DNA from: Chthoniobacteraceae bacterium
GTDB taxonomy: Bacteria; Verrucomicrobiota; Verrucomicrobiia; Chthoniobacterales; Chthoniobacteraceae
Length of the DNA stretch: 64,000 nucleotides
Reading direction: 5' to 3'
Assembly: GCA_040081625.1 (NCBI GenBank)
Contig: JBEBGD010000002.1
Coordinates: 106,709-170,708, forward strand
Within the stretch, counting starts at the first letter, position 1, and every line of letters starts with the position of its first letter. A program made the translations under genes and the position numbers. Below the pieces are notes generated by a model. That model was not told the origin of the DNA, made no database searches, and saw only the letters and a list, made by a program, of their open reading frames with translations. Below, piece by piece: positions 19,883 to 29,520 of the stretch.

Positions 19883-21244
19883 ATGAAAGCGCTCGTCCGA
19901 TTCGCGTGCGCACTCGCCGCCTTCTGCGCTTTCGCCGGCGCCGCGGAGAAGCCGAACGTCGTCATTTTTTTCGTGGACGACATGGGCTGGGGCGATCCGG
20001 CGACATTCGGCGGCACGGTGCCGACGCCAAACTTCGACCGGCTCGCGCGGGAGGGGATGCAGTTCCGGCAGTTCTACGTCGCAGCGCCGATCTGCTCGCC
20101 GTCGCGCTGCGGGTTGATGACGGGACAACAACCCGCGCGCTGGCGGATCACGAGCTACCTGCAGACGCGCGCGGGCAATCGCGAGTGCGAGCAGGCGGAT
20201 TTTCTCGATCCGCGCGCGCCGTCGCTGCCGCGCGCATTTCACAATGCTGGCTACGCGACGGCGCACATCGGCAAGTGGCACCTCGGCGGCGGACGCGATG
20301 TGACCGATGCGCCGAAATTCGCGGCGTATGGCTACGATCTCGGGCTCGGCACTTACGAGAGCCCGGAGCCGGCGGCGGGGCTGGGGCTGAAGTCGATGCC
20401 ATGGGCCGCGCAGCGTGAGCCGCAGCAGGTGCCGCGGCACGAACGCACGCGGTGGATGGTGGATGAGACGCTCGCGTTCATGCAGAAACACGCGGGCCGT
20501 CCGCGCTTCGTGAACCTCTGGCTGGACGACCTGCACACGCCCTTCCGTCCGCAGGAGGGAGAGGACGCGCGCGATGTCGCCGCGCGCTACCGCGAGGTCT
20601 TCGTCGAGATGGATCGGCAGCTCGGGCGCCTGCTCGATGGCTTGCGCGAGCAGGGGATCGAGAAGGACACGATCGTGATCCTCGGAGGCGACAACGGGCC
20701 GGAGCCGAGCTTCGAGCGCGCGCGCACGGGCGGTCTGCGCGGGATGAAGTGGAGTCTCTACGAAGGCGGCATCCGCACGCCGCTCATCGTGCGCTGGCCG
20801 GGTGTCGTGCCCGCGGGTGAGGTGAATGCGACGACGGTCGTGAGTGCGCTGGATTTCTTTCCGACGCTCTGCCGGCTCGCGGGTGTCGCCGCGCCGGCGG
20901 GCGTTGCGTTCGATGGCGAGGACATGAGCGCGGCCTTTCGCGGCGGGAAGATCGCGCGGACGAAACCGCTGCTCTGGGAGTATGGGCGCAAGCCCGGTGG
21001 GAAGGGGCTGCGCGCGTTTCCGTATCCGGCGGAGGCCGGCGCGAAGTCGCCGAACGTCGCGATCCGCGAAGGCGACTGGAAGTTGCTCGTGAATGCGGAT
21101 GGAGCGGACGCGGAGCTTTTCGATCTCGCCGCCGACCCGAATGAAACGCGTAATCTCGCCGGGACCGAGCGCGCGACCGCCGTCCGGCTCAAAGCCGCCG
21201 CGCTCGAATGGCGCGCCTCACTTCCCAAACCGAATCAGCCATGA
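19883..21244 (+). CDS. Sulfatase
   Basis: Signal peptide, PNVVIFFVDDMG, CSPSR, GKWHLGG, DNGP, YEGGIR. Confidence 0.93.
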   Translation: MKALVRFACALAAFCAFAGAAEKPNVVIFFVDDMGWGDPATFGGTVPTPNFDRLAREGMQFRQFYVAAPICSPSRCGLMTGQQPARWRITSYLQTRAGNRECEQADFLDPRAPSLPRAFHNAGYATAHIGKWHLGGGRDVTDAPKFAAYGYDLGLGTYESPEPAAGLGLKSMPWAAQREPQQVPRHERTRWMVDETLAFMQKHAGRPRFVNLWLDDLHTPFRPQEGEDARDVAARYREVFVEMDRQLGRLLDGLREQGIEKDTIVILGGDNGPEPSFERARTGGLRGMKWSLYEGGIRTPLIVRWPGVVPAGEVNATTVVSALDFFPTLCRLAGVAAPAGVAFDGEDMSAAFRGGKIARTKPLLWEYGRKPGGKGLRAFPYPAEAGAKSPNVAIREGDWKLLVNADGADAELFDLAADPNETRNLAGTERATAVRLKAAALEWRASLPKPNQP

Positions 21245-21245
21245 A
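21197..21245 (+). repeat. 49-bp direct repeat, copy 1 (3' end of the sulfatase gene)
   Basis: GCCGCGCTCGAATGGCGCGCCTCACTTCCCAAACCGAATCAGCCATGAA; 46/49 identical to 26856-26904. Confidence 0.9.
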
Positions 21246-21326
21246 TTCGGTCGCCGCGGTCGCGGAAGTGATCGGGTGCATACGAAGCTTGGCAACCACG
21301 GCAGTGATCCGCGACATTGACGGGCG

Positions 21327-22001
21327 ATGCGCATTCTCGTCGTCGAAGATGAAAGGAAGCTCGCCGAATTCGTGGCGAACGGACTACGCGCGGCGAAGTT
21401 TGAGGCCGAGGTGGTGCGCGATGGCGATGAGGCTTTCCGGAAGCTCAAGGGCGAGACCTACGACGGCGCGGTGCTCGACATCATGCTGCCGGGGCGCGAC
21501 GGGCTGAGCATCCTGCGGCAGCTCCGCGAGGACGGGAACAACATCCCGATCGTGCTGCTCACGGCGCGCGGCTCGGTGAATGAGCGAATCGAAGGGCTGC
21601 GCCTCGGTGCGGACGATTATCTGCCGAAGCCGTTCTCGATCGATGAATTGGTCGTGCGTCTTCAGGCCGTGCTGCGGCGCGTGACGGGGGAGAAGCTCAC
21701 CGTGCTCCACTACGCGGACGTGACGCTGAATCTCGTGACGCGCGAAGTGCAGCGCGCCGGACGGTTGCTCGACCTGTCGCCGCGCGAGTTTGAGCTGCTC
21801 GAGTTTTTCCTCCGTGCGCCGGAACGCGTGCTCGGGCGCATGAGCATCATCGAGCACGTGTGGGGCAGCCACTTCGATCCGGGCACGAATCTCGTGGACC
21901 AATACGTGAAGCGCCTGCGACGAAAGATCGAGGACGGCTTCCCGGCGAAGCTCATCCACACGGTGCCGGGCAGCGGCTACCGTTTCGGGCCTTCGCGATG
22001 A
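21327..22001 (+). CDS. OmpR-family response regulator, CusR/CopR-like
   Basis: ILVVEDE, LDIMLPGRDG, GADDYLPKPF, FDPGTNLVDQYVKRLRRKIE...KLIHTV. Confidence 0.92.
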   Translation: MRILVVEDERKLAEFVANGLRAAKFEAEVVRDGDEAFRKLKGETYDGAVLDIMLPGRDGLSILRQLREDGNNIPIVLLTARGSVNERIEGLRLGADDYLPKPFSIDELVVRLQAVLRRVTGEKLTVLHYADVTLNLVTREVQRAGRLLDLSPREFELLEFFLRAPERVLGRMSIIEHVWGSHFDPGTNLVDQYVKRLRRKIEDGFPAKLIHTVPGSGYRFGPSR

Positions 22002-23350
22002 GGCCGCTCTCCCTGCGCACGCGGCTGGGCGTCTGGGCCGCGCTGATGCTTGCGCCGCCTCTGGTCGTCTTCGGCTGCGTGGTTGCGTGGAGCGTTTACG
22101 AGCAGGAGGTGGATGCGATGGAGCGCGAGCTGCGCGTCGAGTCGGCCTCGGTGCTGGGCCGGATGATCGAGTCGAGGAAGACCGGACGGGTGCCGGAGGA
22201 ATTGCGCGCGCTCATCGAGCCGTTCCACCCGTATATCGAGGTGCTCGGCGCGGACGGAAAGCCGGTGTATCGCTCCGCGATGCTCGCCGGGGTGCCGGGG
22301 GTCACCGATCCGCGCGAGTCGGGAAATGCGCGGACGGTTTCGATCAACGGTGTCGCCGTCCGGCAGGTGACCGTCGCATCCGACGGGCTCGCCGTCTCGC
22401 TCGGCGCGAGCCTCGCACTGCCGCGGAGAAAGCTTGGCGAGTTGCTCCGCGGCTACGCGTTTGCGACGCCGTTCTTGCTGGCCACATTCGCGCTCGGCGC
22501 GTCGTGGATCGCCCGTCGCGCGCTGCGTCCGCTCGGCGAGATCACGGCCCGGGCCGAGCAAATCTCGACTTCCAGCCTCGACGCGCGCCTTCCCCTGCCC
22601 GCCGCGCAAGACGAACTGCGCCGGCTGACCGAGGTGCTCAACAGCATGATGAGCCGCCTGGAGTCGGGCTTCGCGCAAGTCGCGCGTTTCAGCTCGGATG
22701 CCTCGCACGAACTGCGCACGCCGCTCGCCGTGCTCCGCGCCGAGTTGGAGACCGCGCTTCTGCCCGGCACCACCGACGAGACCCGCGTCCATCTCATCCA
22801 CACGATTCTCGATGAAGTGAGGCGCCTCTCCTCCCTCGTGGACGACCTGCTGCTGCTCTCGCGCTCGGACGCCGGCAAGCTCGAGCTCGACATCCAGCCC
22901 ACCGATCTCAGCCGCATCGCCAGCGCCGCGGTCGAGGATGCGCGCCTGCTCGGCGAGATGCGCGGACTGTCCGTCGAGGCGGATGTGGCGCCGGGCGTGC
23001 AAGTCCGCGGCGACGCGGCAAGGCTGCGCCAGGTGCTGCTGAATCTCGTGGACAACGCGGTGAAGTTTAACCGCGACAGTGGACGCTTGCGCATCACTCT
23101 CGCGGCGACCCCCGGTGAAGCGCGCCTCGCGGTCGGCAACACCGGCCCCGGCTTGCGCCCCGAACACCGGACCCAAATCTTCGATCGATTCTTTCGGGGC
23201 GATCCCGCGCGAAGCCGCGACGTGGCGGGCTTCGGCCTCGGGCTGAGCCTGACCCGCGAGATCATGCTCGCCCACGGCGGACGCATCGAACTGGCACGCA
23301 GCGACGAGGATTGGACCGAATTCCTCGTCGCGCTGCCGCTCGCGGATTGA
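21998..23350 (+). CDS. Sensor histidine kinase, CusS-like (2 TM, HAMP, HisKA, HATPase)
   Basis: FSSDASHELRTPL, NLVDNAVKF, GNTGPG, FDRFFRGD, GFGLGLS; ATGA-coupled to the regulator. Confidence 0.92.
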   Translation: MRPLSLRTRLGVWAALMLAPPLVVFGCVVAWSVYEQEVDAMERELRVESASVLGRMIESRKTGRVPEELRALIEPFHPYIEVLGADGKPVYRSAMLAGVPGVTDPRESGNARTVSINGVAVRQVTVASDGLAVSLGASLALPRRKLGELLRGYAFATPFLLATFALGASWIARRALRPLGEITARAEQISTSSLDARLPLPAAQDELRRLTEVLNSMMSRLESGFAQVARFSSDASHELRTPLAVLRAELETALLPGTTDETRVHLIHTILDEVRRLSSLVDDLLLLSRSDAGKLELDIQPTDLSRIASAAVEDARLLGEMRGLSVEADVAPGVQVRGDAARLRQVLLNLVDNAVKFNRDSGRLRITLAATPGEARLAVGNTGPGLRPEHRTQIFDRFFRGDPARSRDVAGFGLGLSLTREIMLAHGGRIELARSDEDWTEFLVALPLAD

Positions 23351-23359
23351 TCCGGCCGG

Positions 23360-26300
23360 TCAGGGGATCCTCAGGCGGTAGAAACTTTGCGTGGCGTTCT
23401 GGCTCACGGAATCGGGGCACAGGGCAACTCCTTCGTCATCAATCGTGACGGCTTCGAGGGGATCCCAAACCGACAAATCGGCGGACACTTCCGCTGCGAC
23501 GACAGCGCCGACCTCTCCCCGGACTTCCACGACGGGGACGCCATCGGGGCCCACGGTGACTCCCTCGATCCATGCGAGATCGGCGGGCGGCAGACCGGTT
23601 GGGAGCGCGCCGTTATAGGGGATCAGCGCGGTGGAGACGCCGGCGCGGCCATTGGCGTCGATCGGGGTGATGTAAACACCTTTATGCCAGACCGCGCCGG
23701 TGGGCACGAGGCCGAAGGCGAGGCTGGTGCCGGTCGCAGTCATCGATCGCGAGTAGCGATGGCTGCCCCATTGCCAGGACATCGTCACGCGATAGCTGGC
23801 GATCGGGAAGACGTTGTCGATGGGAGCCAGCCAGCTCGCTACGGCGCTGTCTCCATTTCGCGTGGCGACGGGATTCCGCACGGGGCCGGAGAAGTTCACG
23901 AGGATGTTCACGGTCACATCGCGCGAACCGATCTGGTTCGTGACGCGGACGGTGACGGGGATCGTGCCGATGTCGGTCGCGCCGGGCGTCCAGCTTCCCG
24001 CGCCGGTGACGGGATCGAGCGCGAAGCCGGGCGGGGCGCTGACCACGGAGTAGCTGGCCGGGCCGAAGGTGGGGTTGTAGTCGGTGAATTGCACCACAGC
24101 TTCCTGGCCGGCGACGACGCCGGGATTGCCATTCGCATTGCCGATGGTCCAGCCGACGTTGGGCAGGGCCGGGCGCGGAACGAAGGGCAGGCCGGGGGCG
24201 TTGGTGAGGCCGCGATTGTCGGCGGCGTCGATGGCGTTCACATACAAGGTGTAGGTCCGTCCGGAGACCAGGCCGGTCAGGACGGCGGCCGGGGTTTCTC
24301 CGTCCGTTTCATAGGTCACCCGGTGCGTGCGGTAGGCGCGACCGTAACGATAGCGCGCCGTGGCGACGATGGTGTAGCCGGCGGTCAGGTCGGCTCCCGA
24401 TCCTACGGGCGGAGACCACGTGGCCGTCGGATTGAGGTCCGTCAGGCCGGTGACTTGAAGACTCGAAACCGGCCCGGTGAAGTGCATGTAGAACTCCATG
24501 GTGATCTCCGTGCTCGCGGCGGCATTGGTGGCGCGGACCATTACCGACTGCAGGCCGGCGTTGTCCGGCGTGGGCGTCCACGAAAGCTGGCCGGTCACCG
24601 TGTCGATCGTCATGCCCGCGGGAGCCGAGACGATCTCGTAAGTCGAAGTCGTGTGGCTGGCGTCGAGCACCTGCGCGGTCCACGGCGACCCGGCGACCGC
24701 GTCGCGGAAGCCGCCCGCGCCTTGCACATACTGCACGGAGAGCACGGGCACGTCGGGGCGCACGGTGATGTCCACGGAGAGGTCGGCGGTGCCGCCGGAA
24801 TTGGTCGCGCGCATCATCAGCGTATGCGTCCCCACGTCGGCGGGCGACGGCATCCAGCTCGCGACGCCCGTCTCGGGATCGACCGTCAACCCCGCGGGGC
24901 CGGAGACGATGGAGAAGGTGGCCGCGGGATTCGCACTCACCCAGAACTGGAGCTGCAACGGGAAATTCGCCGGAAGGCTGGTCGCGCCGGTGTAGCGGAA
25001 GTTGATGGGCGGCGAGAGCGTCTTGAAGGTGACGAGTGGAGAGTTGGCCGATTGATTCCCCGCGGCGTCGAAGGTCCGCACGGCGTAGGTGTAGGAGGTG
25101 AGCGGCGGGAGGCCGGAGATCGTGACGGTGTCGTCGAAGATGCTCCCCTGCACGAGCGCGTAGCACCGTTTGCTGCCACGCCAGCCGCAGCGGTATTGCC
25201 GATACACGGCAAAGTGATCCACGCCCGTCGCATCGGTGGCGCCACTCCACGCGAGCGTCACGGACGTGGCGGTGACATCGACGACGTGGAGTTCGGTCGG
25301 AGGCGTCGGGGCAAAGGTGTCGGCCACCACGGCGATGCTGAAGTTTTGATCGGCGAAGCCGGCGCGGTTCGTGGCGCGAACCGTCACGGGGTGGACGCCG
25401 ACTTGTCCCGCGACCGGCTGCCAGCCGATGGAGCCGCTGATCGGATCGATGCTCATCCCCGCCGGAGCCGCAACGAGCGAAAACGTGGGCACAGGATTTC
25501 CGACGGCCCCCGCGTCATAGCCGTAAGCGCGGTCGAGTGATCCCGAAGTCACCGGCGAGGTGTTGAAGATAGGTGCGGTCTCGGGAATATTCAGTTGCTG
25601 CGTCTGGAAGACGGACGCCGACGCGACACCAGCCGCGTCGTAGCCACCGGCGACCAGTATTTTCCCCGAAGCGGCGATCGCCGCGCCATGCGCATACCGC
25701 GCGGCGGGAAGCGGCGTATCGATCGCCCAAAGGCCCGTCGCGAGGTCATACACCTGCACCGTGTCCACTGCGCCGGACGCACCGACGCCGCCGGTCACGT
25801 AGATCCGGTTCTGGGTCAGGACGGCCACCGCATTGCGCACCGCCACCGGCATCGAAGCGATCACCTCCCAGGAATTCGAAGCGATGACGTAACGATAAGC
25901 CGTGGCCTGCACCGCCGTCGAAGTCGCGCCGCCGAAAAGATAGATGTGAGTCGCGCCCACGCCGACGGCGGTGGCTCCGTAGCGTGCAGCCGGCAGCGGA
26001 GCTATTCCCGTCCACGCATCCTGCACCGGGTCGTAACGCTCTGCGCTGGACATCACCTCGCCGGATTCTCCCAAACCGCCCACCGCATAAGCCCCGCCCG
26101 ACCCGTCGGCAGAATACGCGAACAACTGCCGCCCGGTGGACATCTTCTCCGCATCCTGACTGTCACCGAGGAAGTAGTCGTATCGCAGCACTTCGTCCGT
26201 CGGCGCATTCCCGCTCCTGCCACCGATGAGCAGAATCCCCTGCGTCGAGTAGCGCACCGCGCCGAGTCCGATGCGCGTGGTGTCGATATCGAAAGCCGTG

Positions 26301-26590
26301 GTCCAACTGGCCGCGCCGTTTGGCAGCTTGGGCACGACGGTGGCACCGGAAGGACTCGTCCCGCCCATCACGAGGATGGCGTTGTCCGGCGCGAGCAGCG
26401 CGACGGCTTCGGCTCGCGGCGAAGGCAAGTCCGGCCCGGAAGTCCAGAGCAGCGAACCCTGCCCGACGGCGTGGAATTCGGAGCCGATCAAAGTCGCGAA
26501 GAAAATGAGTGCGCGCAGGCAACGGATCAGTCCGGTTACGCGAGGTGACTTCGATGAGGTTGACGAGTTCACGGGACGATGCGTGTTCAT
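23360..26590 (-). CDS. Large exported Kelch-repeat + putative Ig (He_PIG-like) + FN3 protein with Verrucomicrobia-type C-terminal domain
   Basis: Kelch GG...Y...W repeats; four PxGM/L/F-(S/T/A)-(I/V/L)D-xx-(S/T)G-xxxW-xP Ig-type repeats; FN3 (VTLAWS...YTYAVRTFDAAGN); C-terminal SADLSVW...FYRL. Confidence 0.85.
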   Translation of the reverse strand: MNTHRPVNSSTSSKSPRVTGLIRCLRALIFFATLIGSEFHAVGQGSLLWTSGPDLPSPRAEAVALLAPDNAILVMGGTSPSGATVVPKLPNGAASWTTAFDIDTTRIGLGAVRYSTQGILLIGGRSGNAPTDEVLRYDYFLGDSQDAEKMSTGRQLFAYSADGSGGAYAVGGLGESGEVMSSAERYDPVQDAWTGIAPLPAARYGATAVGVGATHIYLFGGATSTAVQATAYRYVIASNSWEVIASMPVAVRNAVAVLTQNRIYVTGGVGASGAVDTVQVYDLATGLWAIDTPLPAARYAHGAAIAASGKILVAGGYDAAGVASASVFQTQQLNIPETAPIFNTSPVTSGSLDRAYGYDAGAVGNPVPTFSLVAAPAGMSIDPISGSIGWQPVAGQVGVHPVTVRATNRAGFADQNFSIAVVADTFAPTPPTELHVVDVTATSVTLAWSGATDATGVDHFAVYRQYRCGWRGSKRCYALVQGSIFDDTVTISGLPPLTSYTYAVRTFDAAGNQSANSPLVTFKTLSPPINFRYTGATSLPANFPLQLQFWVSANPAATFSIVSGPAGLTVDPETGVASWMPSPADVGTHTLMMRATNSGGTADLSVDITVRPDVPVLSVQYVQGAGGFRDAVAGSPWTAQVLDASHTTSTYEIVSAPAGMTIDTVTGQLSWTPTPDNAGLQSVMVRATNAAASTEITMEFYMHFTGPVSSLQVTGLTDLNPTATWSPPVGSGADLTAGYTIVATARYRYGRAYRTHRVTYETDGETPAAVLTGLVSGRTYTLYVNAIDAADNRGLTNAPGLPFVPRPALPNVGWTIGNANGNPGVVAGQEAVVQFTDYNPTFGPASYSVVSAPPGFALDPVTGAGSWTPGATDIGTIPVTVRVTNQIGSRDVTVNILVNFSGPVRNPVATRNGDSAVASWLAPIDNVFPIASYRVTMSWQWGSHRYSRSMTATGTSLAFGLVPTGAVWHKGVYITPIDANGRAGVSTALIPYNGALPTGLPPADLAWIEGVTVGPDGVPVVEVRGEVGAVVAAEVSADLSVWDPLEAVTIDDEGVALCPDSVSQNATQSFYRLRIP

Positions 26591-26657
26591 GAGAATGGAT
26601 GAGCGGGGATTGGGGCAATCTGCCTGCCACATCGCCGGACGGCGAGACGCGTTCCGG

Positions 26658-26679
26658 GTTCTGACAGCCCTGTCAGAAC
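26658..26679. promoter_or_regulatory. Perfect palindrome resembling a CusR/CopR box (TGACA-N4-TGTCA)
   Basis: GTTCTGACAG-CC-CTGTCAGAAC, about 70 bp upstream of the Kelch gene ATG. Confidence 0.6.
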
Positions 26680-26807
26680 GTATTCAGCACGCCCGGCTGG
26701 TCGGATAAAACTGGCGCGGGTCACTATTCTCCTTTGATCTCGCTGCAGAAACCCCTGACCCACGAGTGGGAAGTCCGCCCGCATCCCGCTTCAAAATATT
26801 CTCTGCC

Positions 26808-26870
26808 ATGAAAACATTGGTCGCCTCCTTCCTCACCGCGTTGCTGCTTTCGCTGGCCGCGCTCGAATGA
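26808..26870 (+). pseudogene. Orphan signal-peptide fragment fused in frame to a duplicated sulfatase 3' end
   Basis: MKTLVASFLTALLLSLAALE*; the TGG (Trp) of repeat copy 1 is TGA here. Confidence 0.55.
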
Positions 26871-26904
26871 CGCGCCTCACTTCCAAAACCGAACCAGCCA
26901 TGAA
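26856..26904 (+). repeat. 49-bp direct repeat, copy 2 (contains the ATG of the next sulfatase)
   Basis: GCCGCGCTCGAATGACGCGCCTCACTTCCAAAACCGAACCAGCCATGAA. Confidence 0.9.
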
Positions 26905-28828
26905 ATCGCTCCTGCTCGCCCTCGCCCTCGCCACCACCGCCGCACACGCGGTGCAGAAGCCGAACGTGATCCTCTTCCTCGTCGATGACATGGGGTGGCG
27001 CGACTGCGGCGTTTACGGCTCGAAGTATTACGAGACGCCGAACATCGACCGCTTCGCGAAGCGTGCGATGCGCTTCACCGATGCGTATGCGCAGCCGCTC
27101 TGCTCGCCGACGCGCGCGTCGCTGCTCACGGGGAAGTATCCGTCGCGGCACGGGATCACCACGGCATCCGGGCACCAGCCGCCGCAGCCGGCGGGGCACA
27201 AGTTTCTCCCCGACAGCGCGCCGGCGAACCGCACGCTGCTCACGCCCGAGAGCAAGAACTACCTCGATCCTGCCGAGATCACGCTCGCGGAAACGTTGCG
27301 CACCGCGGGCTATCGCACGGCGCACATCGGCAAATGGCACCTCGGGCTCACGCAGCCGCACTGGCCGGAGCAGCAGGGGTTCGATGTCGCGTTCCATTGC
27401 CACCCCGATCCGGGGCCGCCGGGGAACTACTTCTCGCCCTACGGCGTCGTGGTCGATGGGAAGCCGGGCGGGAAGTCGAAGGTCGGCACGATCACCGACG
27501 GACCCGCGGGTGAATACATCGTCGATCGGCTCGCGGATGAGGCGGTGAAGTTCATCACCGAGAACAAGGGGCGCCCGTTTTTCCTCAACCTCTGGAACTA
27601 CGGCGTGCATGGGCCGTGGGGGCACAAGGAGGAATACACGAAGCAGTTCGCGGCGAAGACCGACCCGACCGGCGCGCAGGGGAACCCGATCATGGCTTCG
27701 ATGATGAAGAGCGTGGACGAGTGCTTCGGGCGCGTGCTCGCCGCGCTCGATCAGCTCGGGCTCACGGAGAACACGATCGTGATCTTCAACTCCGACAACG
27801 GCGGCAACGTCCACAGCAACCTGCCCGACGATCGCAAGAGCGCGCGCAAGGCCGAGGGCCAGCTCGGTGAGTGGGCGAAGTGGGCCGGGCCGCGTCCGCC
27901 GACGAACAATGCGCCGTTGCGCGATGGGAAAGGGACGCTCTACGAAGGCGGCACGCGCGTGCCGCTCATGTGGGGGTGGCCGGGTTGGATCGCGCCGGGC
28001 AGCACGAGCGCGGCAGTGGTGGGTCACATCGACTTGTATCCCACGCTGCTCGAGATGGTCGGCGTCGAGCGCCCGGCGACGCAGCAGATGGACGGCATCA
28101 GCTACGCGGGCGTGCTGCGCGGTGGCGGGCCACTCGGGCGCGACGCGTTCTTCAATTACCACCCGCACGGCAAAAACTCCGGCGGCGTGTGGGTGCGCTC
28201 GGGCGACTTGAAATTGATCCGCTGGTTCGATCCCGCGCTGCCGCGCGAACTCTACGATCTCCGCGCCGACCTCGGCGAATCGAAGAACCTCGCCGACGCA
28301 CAGCCCGACAAGGCGAAGCAACTCGACGCGCTGATCGACACCTTCCTCGCCACCACCGGCGCGCTCTACCCGCGGCCGAACCCGGCCTTCAAAGCCGCGC
28401 CAGCGAGAACCGCAAAGCCGCTCGCAGACGACGACGGCACCGGCCCGATCGCCGGCTGGAAACTGCGCGGCATGAAAGCCACGACCACGAGCGAAGGCGT
28501 GCGCCTCGAGGGCAGCGGACGCAGTCCTTTCCTCGGCACGGCGAAATACAAGTTCACTGGCGCGGCTGAGCTGCACCTGCGCGTGAAGGCGCCGGCAGGC
28601 GGGACGGGACAAGTGCATTGGCGGCTTGCCGACGCGACGGACTTCGCGGCGGAGCACGCGGTGAAGTTCGAACTCGCCGCCGGCGACGGGTGGCGCGACG
28701 TGGCGGTGCCCGTCCCGTCGAAGGGCAGCGTCGTGCAGGTGCGCGTCTTCCTTCCTGCGGAGAAGGGTCCGATCGAGTTGAGCGTGCTCGACGTGCGCGC
28801 CGCCAACGCGAAGACCCGCCGCAAATGA
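26900..28828 (+). CDS. Sulfatase with C-terminal beta-sandwich domain
   Basis: Signal peptide, PNVILFLVDDMG, CSPTR, GKWHLG, SDNGG; C-terminal domain resembles that of 1344..4613. Confidence 0.93.
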   Translation: MKSLLLALALATTAAHAVQKPNVILFLVDDMGWRDCGVYGSKYYETPNIDRFAKRAMRFTDAYAQPLCSPTRASLLTGKYPSRHGITTASGHQPPQPAGHKFLPDSAPANRTLLTPESKNYLDPAEITLAETLRTAGYRTAHIGKWHLGLTQPHWPEQQGFDVAFHCHPDPGPPGNYFSPYGVVVDGKPGGKSKVGTITDGPAGEYIVDRLADEAVKFITENKGRPFFLNLWNYGVHGPWGHKEEYTKQFAAKTDPTGAQGNPIMASMMKSVDECFGRVLAALDQLGLTENTIVIFNSDNGGNVHSNLPDDRKSARKAEGQLGEWAKWAGPRPPTNNAPLRDGKGTLYEGGTRVPLMWGWPGWIAPGSTSAAVVGHIDLYPTLLEMVGVERPATQQMDGISYAGVLRGGGPLGRDAFFNYHPHGKNSGGVWVRSGDLKLIRWFDPALPRELYDLRADLGESKNLADAQPDKAKQLDALIDTFLATTGALYPRPNPAFKAAPARTAKPLADDDGTGPIAGWKLRGMKATTTSEGVRLEGSGRSPFLGTAKYKFTGAAELHLRVKAPAGGTGQVHWRLADATDFAAEHAVKFELAAGDGWRDVAVPVPSKGSVVQVRVFLPAEKGPIELSVLDVRAANAKTRRK

Positions 28829-29520
28829 TCGCGCGTGTCCACGCCTGCATTTGCGCCCTGCTTGCCGTCGCATTCACCGCGATGGCACAGCCGCTAACGA
28901 TCGTCATCATCGGCGACTCGACCGTCGCGGATTATCCCGCAGACAAGCCGAGTCGCGGCTGGGGGCAATTCATCGCGGGTTACTTCGGCGACGGCGTGCG
29001 CGTGGCGAATCACGCGATCAGCGGGCGCAGCACGAAAAGCTTTCGCGGCACGGCCTGGGAGAAGGCGCGCGCGGAAAAGCCGAACGTGGTCTTGATCCAG
29101 TTCGGTCACAACGACTCGCACGCGAAGACCGAGCCGAAGGCCACCGACGCCGCGACCGACTACCGCGACTATTTGCGCCAATACATCGACGAGACGCGCG
29201 CGCTCGGCGCGCTGCCCGTGCTCATCACGCCGATGCACCGCCGCGTGTGGAAACCCGATGGAACGCTCGACGACATCCTCCAGCCCTACGCCGATGCGAT
29301 GAAAGCCGTCGCCGTGGAGAAGGAGGTGCCGGTGATCGACCTGCACGCGATGAGCCGCGAACTTTACCTCAAGCTCGGCGAGCAGGGCAGTCTCGAACTC
29401 GCGAACGCGCCGGGCGACCGCACGCACTTCGGCGAGAAGGGAGCCAAGGCGATGGCGGAACTCGTGATGAGCAAACTGCCCGGCGCGCTTCCGAAGCTCA
29501 AACCTCTGCTCAAACCATGA
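28825..29520 (+). CDS. GDSL/SGNH esterase, rhamnogalacturonan acetylesterase-like (CE12)
   Basis: IGDSTV, GWGQ, NHAISGRSTKSF, IQFGHND, DRTHF. Confidence 0.9.
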   Translation: MIARVHACICALLAVAFTAMAQPLTIVIIGDSTVADYPADKPSRGWGQFIAGYFGDGVRVANHAISGRSTKSFRGTAWEKARAEKPNVVLIQFGHNDSHAKTEPKATDAATDYRDYLRQYIDETRALGALPVLITPMHRRVWKPDGTLDDILQPYADAMKAVAVEKEVPVIDLHAMSRELYLKLGEQGSLELANAPGDRTHFGEKGAKAMAELVMSKLPGALPKLKPLLKP

